64,000 nucleotides of DNA, taken from the human T2T-CHM13v2.0 reference genome, Homo sapiens. Location: the NCBI RefSeq assembly GCF_009914755.1, contig NC_060925.1; one strand, 5' to 3'. Positions 52,062 to 61,207 of this stretch are shown in pieces. The notes below the pieces were generated by a model. It had not been told where the DNA came from, did not search any database, and saw only the letters and a list, made by a program, of their open reading frames with translations. Position 1 is the stretch's first letter, and each line of letters starts with the position of its first letter. The position numbers and the translations under genes are program-made.

Positions 52062-53080
52062 GAATTCTCAGTAACTTCCTTGTGTTGTGTGTATTCAACT
52101 CACAGAGTTGAACGATCCTTTACACAGAGCAGACTTGAAACACTCTTTTTGTGGAATTTGCAAGTGGAGATTTCAGCCGCTTTGAGGTCAATAGTAGAAA
52201 AGGAAATATCTTCGTAGAAAAACTAGACAGAATGATTCTCAGAAACTCCTTTGTGATGTGTGTGTTCAACTCACAGAGTTTAACCTTTCTTTTCATAGAG
52301 CAGTTAGTAAACACTCTGTTTATAAAGTCTGCAAGTGGATATTCAGACCCCTTTGAGGCCTTCGTTGGAAACGGGATTTCTTCATATTATGCTAGACAGA
52401 AGAATTCTCAGTAACTTCCTTGTGTTGTGTGTATTCAACTGACAGAGTTGAACTTTCATTTAGAGAGAGCAGATTTGAAACACTGTTTTTGTGGAATTTG
52501 CAAGTGGAGATTTCAAGCGCTTTGGGGCCAAAGGCAGAAAAGGAAATATCTTCGTATAAAAACTAGACAGAATCATTCTCAGAAACTGCCGCGTGATGTG
52601 TGCGTTCAACTCTCAGAGTTTAACATTTCTTTTCATTCAGCGGTTTGGAAACACTCTGTTTGTAAAGTCTGCACGTGGATATTTTGACCACTTAGAGGCC
52701 TTCGTTGGAAACGGGTTTTTTTCATGTAAGGCTAGACAGAAGAATTCCCAGTAACTTCCTTGTGTTGTGTGCATTCAACTCACAGAGTTGAACGTTCCCT
52801 TAGACAGAGCAGATTTGAAACACTCTATTTGTGCAATTTGCAAGTGTAGATTTCAAGCGCTTTAAGGTCAACGGCAGAAAAGGAAATATCTTTGTTTCAA
52901 AACTAGATAGAATCATTCCCACAAACTGCGTTGTGATGTGTTCGTTCAACTCACAGAGTTTAACCTTTCTGTTCATAGAGCAGTTAGGAAACACTCTGTT
53001 TGTAAAGTCTGTAAGTGGATATTCTGACATCTTGTGGCCTTCGTTGGAAACGGGATTTCTTCATATTCTGCTAGACAGAA
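50701..53080 (+). repeat. 14-mer variant ABCDFGH (2,380 bp)
   Basis: A at 50739 then A at 53119; E is absent. Confidence 0.85.
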
Positions 53081-56000
53081 GAATTCTCAGTAACTTCCTT
53101 GTGTTGTGTGTATTCAACTCACAGAGTTGAACGATCCTTTACACAGAGCAGACTTGAAACACTCTTTTTGTGGAATTTGCAAGTGGAGATTTCAGCCGCT
53201 TTGAGGTCAATGGTAGAAAAGGAAACTATCTTCATATAAAGACTAGACAGAATGATTCTCAGAAAATCTTTTGTGATGTGTGCGTTCAACTCACAGAGTT
53301 TAACTTTTCTTCTCATAGAGCAGTTAGGAAACACTCTGTTTGTAAAGTCTGCAAGTGGATATTCAGACCTCTTTGAGGCCTTCGTTGGAAACGGGATTTC
53401 GTCATATTATGCTAGACAGAATAATTCTCAGTAACTTCCTTGTGTTGTGTGTATTCAACTCACAGAGTTGAAGGATCCTTTACAGAGAGCAGGCTTGAAA
53501 CACTCTTTTTGTCGAATTTGCAAGTGGAGATTTCAGCCGCTTTGAGGTCAATGGTAGAATAGGAAATATCTTCTTATAGAAACTAGACAGAATGATTCTC
53601 ATAAACTCCTTTGTGATGTGTGCGTTCAACTCACAGAGTTTAACCTTTCTTTTCATAGAGCAGTTAGGAAAAACTCTGTTTGAAAAGTCTGCAAGTGGAT
53701 ATTCAGACCTCCTTGAGGCCTTCGTTGGAAACGGGATTTCTTCATATTCTGCTAGACAGAAGAATTCTCAGTAACTTCCTTGTGTTGTGTTTATTCAACT
53801 CACAGAGTTGAATGATCCTTTACACAGAGCAGACTTGAAACACTCTTTTTGTGGAATTTGCAAGTGGAGATTTCAGCCGCTTTGAGGTCAATGGTAGAAA
53901 AGTAAATATCTTCGTATAAAGACTAGACAGAATGATTCTCAAAAACTCCTTTGTGATGTGTGCGTTCAACTCACAGAGTTTAACCTTTCTGTTCATAGAG
54001 CAGTTAGGAAACACTCTGTTTGTAAAGTCTGCAAGTGGATATTCAGACCTCCTTGAGGCCTTCGTTGGAAACGGGATTTCTTCATACTCTGCTAGACAGA
54101 AGAATTCTCAGTAACTTCCTTGTGTTGTGTGTATTCAACTCACAGAGTTGAACGATCCTTTACACAGAGCAGACTTGAAACACTCTTTTTGTGGAATTTG
54201 CAAGTGGAGATTTCAGCCGCTTTGAGGTCAATAGTAGAAAAGGAAATATCTTCGTAGAAAAACTAGACAGAATGATTCTCAGAAACTCCTTTGTGATGTG
54301 TGTGTTCAACTCACAGAGTTTAACCTTTCTTTTCATAGAGCAGTTAGTAAACACTCTGTTTATAAAGTCTGCAAGTGGATATTCAGACCCCTTTGAGGCC
54401 TTCGTTGGAAACGGGATTTCTTCATATTATGCTAGACAGAAGAATTCTCAGTAACTTCCTTGTGTTGTGTGTATTCAACTGACAGAGTTGAACTTTCATT
54501 TAGAGAGAGCAGATTTGAAACACTGTTTTTGTGGAATTTGCAAGTGGAGATTTCAAGCGCTTTGGGGCCAAAGGCAGAAAAGGAAATATCTTCGTATAAA
54601 AACTAGACAGAATCATTCTCAGAAACTGCTGCGTGATGTGTGCGTTCAACTCTCAGAGTTTAACTTTTCTTTTCATTCAGCGGTTTGGAAACACTCTGTT
54701 TGTAAAGTCTGCACGTGGATATTTTGACCACTTAGAGGCCTTTGTTGGAAACGGGTTTTTTTCATGTAAGGCTAGACAGAAGAATTCCCAGTAACTTCCT
54801 TGTGTTGTGTGCATTCAACTCACAGAGTTGAACGTTCCCTTAGACAGAGCAGATTTGAAACACTCTATTTGTGCAATTTCCAAGTGTAGATTTCAAGCGC
54901 TTTAAGGTCAACGGCAGAAAAGGAAATATCTTCGTTTCAAAACTAGAGAGAATCATTCCCACAAACTGCGTTGTGATGTGTTCGTTCAACTCACAGAGTT
55001 TAACCTTTCTGTTCATAGAGCAGTTAGGAAACACTCTGTAAAGTCTGTAAGTGGATATTCTGACATCTTGTGGCCTTCGTTGGAAACGGGATTTCTTCAT
55101 ATTCTGCTAGACAGAAGAATTCTCAGTAACTTCCTTGTGTTGTGTGTATTCAACTCACAGAGTTGAACGATCCTTTACACAGATCAGACTTGAAACACTC
55201 TTTTTGTGGAATTTGCAAGTGGAGATTTCAGCCGCTTTGAGGTCAATGGTAGAAAAGGAAACTATCTTCATATAAAGACTAGACAGAATGATTCTCAGAA
55301 AATCTTTTGTGATGTGTGCGTTCAACTCACAGAGTTTAACTTTTCTTCTCATAGAGCAGTTAGGAAACACTCTGTTTGTAAAGTCTGCAAGTGGATATTC
55401 AGACCTGTTTGAGGCCTTCGTTGGAAACGGGATTTCTTCATATTATGCTAGACAGAATAATTCTCAGTAACTTCCTTGTGTTGTGTGTATTCAACTCACA
55501 GAGTTGAAGGATCCTTTACAGAGAGCAGGCTTGAAACACTCTTTTTGTCGAATTTGCAAGTGGAGATTTCAGCCGCTTTGAGGTCAATGGTAGAATAGGA
55601 AATATCTTCTTATAGAAACTAGACAAAATGATTCTCATGAACTCCTTTGTGATGTGTGCGTTCAACTCACAGAGTTTAACCTTTCTTTTCATAGAGCAGT
55701 TAGGAAACACTCTGTTTGTAAAGTCTGCAAGTGGATATTCAGACCTCCTTGAGGCCTTCGTTGGAAACGGGATTTCTTCATATTCTGCTAGACAGAAGAA
55801 TTCTCAGTAACTTCCTTGTGTTGTGTGTATTCAACTCACAGAGTTGAACGATCCTTTACACAGAGCAGACTTGAAACATTCTTTTTGTGGAATTTGCAAG
55901 TGGAGATTTCAGCCGCTTTGAGGTCAATGGTAGAATAGGAAATATCTTCCTATAGAAACTAGACAGAACGATTCTCAGAAACTCCTTTGTGATGTGTGCG

Positions 56001-57156
56001 TTCAACTCACAGAGTTTAACCTTTCTTTTCATAGAGCAGTTAGGAAACACTCTGTTTGTAAAGTCTGCAAGTGGATATTCAGACCTCTTTGAGGCCTTCG
56101 TTGGAAACGGGATTTCTTCCTATTCTGCTAGACAGAAGAATTCTCAGTAACTTCCTTGTGTTGTGTGTATTCAAATCACAGAGTTGAACGATCCTTTACA
56201 CAGAGCAGACTTGAAACACTCTTTTTGTGGAATTTGCAAGTGGAGATTTCAGCCGCTTTGAGGTCAATAGTAGAAAAGGAAATATCTTCGTAGAAAAACT
56301 AGACAGAATGATTCTCAGAAACTCCTTTGTGATGTGTGTGTTCAACTCACAGAGTTTAACCTTTCTTTTCATAGAGCAGTTAGTAAACACTCTGTTTATA
56401 AAGTCTGCAAGTGGATATTCAGACCCCTTTGAGGCCTTCGTTGGAAACGGGATTTCTTCATATTATGCTAGACAGAAGAATTCTCAGTAACTTCCTTGTG
56501 TTGTGTGTATTCAACTGACAGAGTTGAACTTTCATTTGGAGAGAGCAGATTTGAAACACTGTTTTTGTGGAATTTGCAAGTGGAGATTTCAAGCGCTTTG
56601 GGGCCAAAGGCAGAAAAGGAAATATCTTCGTATAAAAACTAGACAGAATCATTCTCAGAAACTGCTGCGTGATGTGTGCGTTCAACTCTCAGAGTTTAAC
56701 TTTTCTTTTCATTCAGCGGTTTGGAAACACTCTGTTTGTAAAGTCTGCACGTGGATATTTTGACCACTTAGAGGCCTTCGTTGGAAACGGGTTTTTTTCA
56801 TGTAAGGCTAGACAGAAGAATTCCCAGTAACTTCCTTGTGTTGTGTGCATTCAACTCACAGAGTTGAACGTTCCCTTAGACAGAGCAGATTTGAAACACT
56901 CTATTTGTGCAATTTCCAAGTGTAGATTTCAAGCGCTTTAAGGTCAACGGCAGAAAAGGAAATATCTTCGTTTCAAAACTAGACAGAATCATTCCCACAA
57001 ACTGCGTTGTGATGTGTTCGTTCAACTCACAGAGTTTAACCTTTCTGTTCATAGAGCAGTTAGGAAACACTCTGTTTGTAAAGTCTGTAAGTGGATATTC
57101 TGACATCTTGTGGCCTTCGTTGGAAACGGGATTTCTTCATATTCTGCTAGACAGAA
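53081..57156 (+). repeat. 12-mer ABCFGH' (2,036 bp) and alternative 12-mer ABEFGH (2,040 bp)
   Basis: A at 53119, 55155 and 57195; the second unit has E (55856) in place of C. Confidence 0.85.
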
Positions 57157-60100
57157 GAATTCTCAGTAACTTCCTTGTGTTGTGTGTATTCAACTCACAG
57201 AGTTGAACGATCCTTTACACAGAGCAGACTTGAAACACTCTTTTTGTGGAATTTGCAAGTGGAGATTTCAGCCGCTTTGATGTCAATGGTAGAAAAGGAA
57301 ACTATCTTCATATAAAGACTAGACAGAATGATTCTCAGAAAATCTTTTGTGATGTGTGCGTTTAACTCACAGAGTTTAACTTTTCTTCTCATAGAGCAGT
57401 TAGGAAACACTCTGTTTGTAAAGTCTGCAAGTGGATATTCAGACCTCTTTGAGGCCTTCGTTGGAAACGGGATTTCTTCATATTATGCTAGACAGAATAA
57501 TTCTCAGTAACTTCCTTGTGTTGTGTGTATTCAACTCACAGAGTTGAAGGATCCTTTACAGAGAGCAGGCTTGAAACACTCTTTTTGTCGAATTTGCAAG
57601 TGGAGATTTCAGCCGCTTTGAGGTCAATGGTAGAATAGGAAATATCTTCTTATAGAAACTAGACAGAATGATTCTCATAAACTCCTTTGTGATGTGTGCG
57701 TTCAACTCACAGAGTTTAACCTTTCTTTTCATAGAGCAGTTAGGAAACACTCTGTTTGAAAAGTCTGCAAGTGGATATTCAGACCTCCTTGAGGCCTTCG
57801 TTGGAAACGGGATTTCTTCATATTCTGCTAGACAGAAGAATTCTCAGTAACTTCCTTGTGTTGTGTTTATTCAACTCACAGAGTTGAATGATCCTTTACA
57901 CAGAGCAGACTTGAAACACTCTTTTTGTGGAATTTGCAAGTGGAGATTTCAGCCGCTTTGAGGTCAATGGTAGAAAAGTAAATATCTTCGTATAAAGACT
58001 AGACAGAATGATTCTCAGAAACTCCTTTGTGATGTGTGCGTTCAACTCACAGAGTTTAACCTTTCTGTTCATAGAGCAGTTAGGAAACACTCTGTTTGTA
58101 AAGTCTGCAAGTGGATATTCAGACCTCCTTGAGGCCTTCGTTGGAAACGGGATTTCTTCATATTCTGCTAGACAGAAGAATTCTCAGTAACTTCCTTGTG
58201 TTGTGTGTATTCAACTCACAGAGTTGAACGATCCTTTACACAGAGCAGACTTGAAACACTCTTTTTGTGGAATTTGCAAGTGGAGATTTCAGCCGCTTTG
58301 AGGTCAATAGTAGAAAAGGAAATAGCTTCGTAGAAAAACTAGACAGAATGATTCTCAGAAACTCCTTTGTGATGTGTGTGTTCAACTCACAGAGTTTAAC
58401 CTTTCTTTTCATAGAGCAGTTAGTAAACACTCTGTTTATAAAGTCTGCAAGTGGATATTCAGACCCCTTTGAGGCCTTCGTTGGAAACGGGATTTCTTCA
58501 TATTATGCTAGACAGAAGAATTCTCAGTAACTTCCTTGTGTTGTGTGTATTCAACTGACAGAGTTGAACTTTCATTTGGAGAGAGCAGATTTGAAACACT
58601 GTTTTTGTGGAATTTGCAAGTGGAGATTTCAAGCGCTTTGGGGCCAAAGGCAGAAAAGGAAATATCTTCGTATAAAAACTAGACAGAATCATTCTCAGAA
58701 ACTGCTGCGTGATGTGTGCGTTCAACTCTCAGAGTTTAACCTTTCTTTTCATTCAGCGGTTTGGAAACACTCTGTTTGTAAAGTCTGCACGTGGATATTT
58801 TGACCACTTAGAGGCCTTCGTTGGAAACGGGTTTTTTTCATGTAAGGCTAGACAGAAGAATTCCCAGTAACTTCCTTGTGTTGTGTGCATTCAACTCACA
58901 GAGTTGAACGTTCCCTTAGACAGAGCAGATTTGAAACACTCTATTTGTGCAATTTGCAAGTGTAGATTTCAAGCGCTTTAAGGTCAACGGCAGAAAAGGA
59001 AATATCTTCGTTTCAAAACTAGACAGAATCATTCCCACAAACTGCGTTGTGATGTGTTCGTTCAACTCACAGAGTTTAACCTTTCTGTTCATAGAGCAGT
59101 TAGGAAACACTCTGTTTGTAAAGTCTGTAAGTGGATATTCAGACCTCTTTGAGGCCTTCGTTGGAAACGGGATTTCTTCATATTATGCTAGACAGAATAA
59201 TTCTCAGTAACTTCCTTGTGTTGTGTGTATTCAACTCACAGAGTTGAAGGATCCTTTACAGAGAGCAGGCTTGAAACACTCTTTTTGTCGAATTTGCAAG
59301 TGGAGATTTCAGCCGCTTTGAGGTCAATGGTAGAATAGGAAATATCTTCTTATAGAAACTAGACAGAATGATTCTCATAAACTCCTTTGTGATGTGTGCG
59401 TTCAACTCACAGAGTTTAACCTTTCTTTTCATAGAGCAGTTAGGAAACACTCTGTTTGAAAAGTCTGCAAGTGGATATTCAGACCTCCTTGAGGCCTTCG
59501 TTGGAAACGGGATTTCTTCATATTCTGCTAGACAGAAGAATTCTCAGTAACTTCCTTGTGTTGTGTGTATTCAACTCACAGAGTTGAACGATCCTTTACA
59601 CAGAGCAGACTTGAAACACTCTTTTTGTGTAATTTGCAAGTGGAGATTTCAGCCGCATAGAGGTCAATGGTAGAAAAGGAAATATCTTCGTATAAAGTCT
59701 AGACAGAATGATTCTCAGAAACTCCTTTGTGATGTGTGCGTTCAACTCACAGAGTTTAACTTTTCTTTTCATAGAGCAGTTAGGAAACACTCTGTTTGTA
59801 AAGTCTGCAAGTGGATATTCAGACCTCTTTGAGGCCTTCGTTGGAAACGGGATTTCTTCATATTCTGCTAGACAGAATAATTCTCACTAACTTCCTTGTG
59901 TTGTGTGTATTCAACTCACAGAGTTGAACGATACTTTACACAGAGCAGACTTGAAACATTCTTTTTGTGGAATTTGCAAGTGGAGATTTCAGCCGCTTTG
60001 AGGTCAATGGTAGAATAGGAAATATCTTCCTATAGAAACTAGACAGAACGATTCTCAGAAACTCCTTTGTGATGTGTGCGTTCAACTCACAGAGTTTAAC

Positions 60101-61207
60101 CTTTCTTTTCATAGAGCAGTTAGGAAACACTCTGTTTGTAAAGTCTGCAAGTGGATATTCAGACCTCTTTGAGGCCTTCGTTGGAAACGGGATTTCTTCC
60201 TATTCTGCTAGACAGAAGAATTCTCAGTAACTTCCTTGTGTTGTGTGTATTCAACTCACAGAGTTGAACGATCCTTTACACAGAGCAGACTTGAAACACT
60301 CTTTTTGTGGAATTTGCAATTGGAGATTTCAGCCGCTTTGAGGTCAATAGTAGAAAAGGTAATATCTTCGTAGAAAAACTAGACAGAATGATTCTCAGAA
60401 ACTCCTTTGTGATGTGTGTGTTCAACTCACAGAGTTTAACCTTTCTTTTCATAGAGCAGTTAGTAAACACTCTGTTTATAAAGTCTGCAAGTGGATATTC
60501 AGACCCCTTTGAGGCCTTCGTTGGAAACGGGATTTCTTCATATTATGCTAGACAGAAGAATTCTCAGTAACTTCCTTGTGTTGTGTGTATTCAACTGACA
60601 GAGTTGAACTTTCATTTAGAGAGAGCAGATTTGAAACACTGTTTTTGTGGAATTTACAAGTGGAGATTTCAAGCGCTTTGGGGCCAAAACTAGACAGAAT
60701 CATTCTCAGAAACTGCTGCGTGATGTGTGCGTTCAACTCTCAGAGTTTAACTTTTCTTTTCATTCAGCGGTTTGGAAACACTCTGTTTGTAAAGTCTGCA
60801 CGTGGATATTTTGACCACTTAGAGGCCTTCGTTGGAAACGGGTTTTTTTCATGTAAGGCTAGACAGAAGAATTCCCAGTAACTTCCTTGTGTTGTGTGCA
60901 TTCAACTCACAGAGTTGAACCTTCCCTTAGACAGAGCAGATTTGAAACACTCTATTTGTGCAATTTGCAAGTGTAGATTTCAAGCGCTTTAAGGTCAACG
61001 GCAGAAAAGGAAATATCTTCGTTTCAAAACTAGACAGAATCATTCCCACAAACTGCCTTGTGATGTGTTCGTTCAACTCACAGAGTTTAACCTTTCTGTT
61101 CATAGAGCAGTTAGGAAACACTCTGTTTGTAAAGTCTGTAAGTGGATATTCTGACATCTTGTGGCCTTCGTTGGAAACGGGATTTCTTCATATTCTGCTA
61201 GACAGAA
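57157..61207 (+). repeat. Irregular 24-monomer stretch A B C F G (H/A) B D E F G(del29) H (4,051 bp)
   Basis: Dimer markers plus length arithmetic (12x340 +1 -1 -29 = 4,051). Confidence 0.82.
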
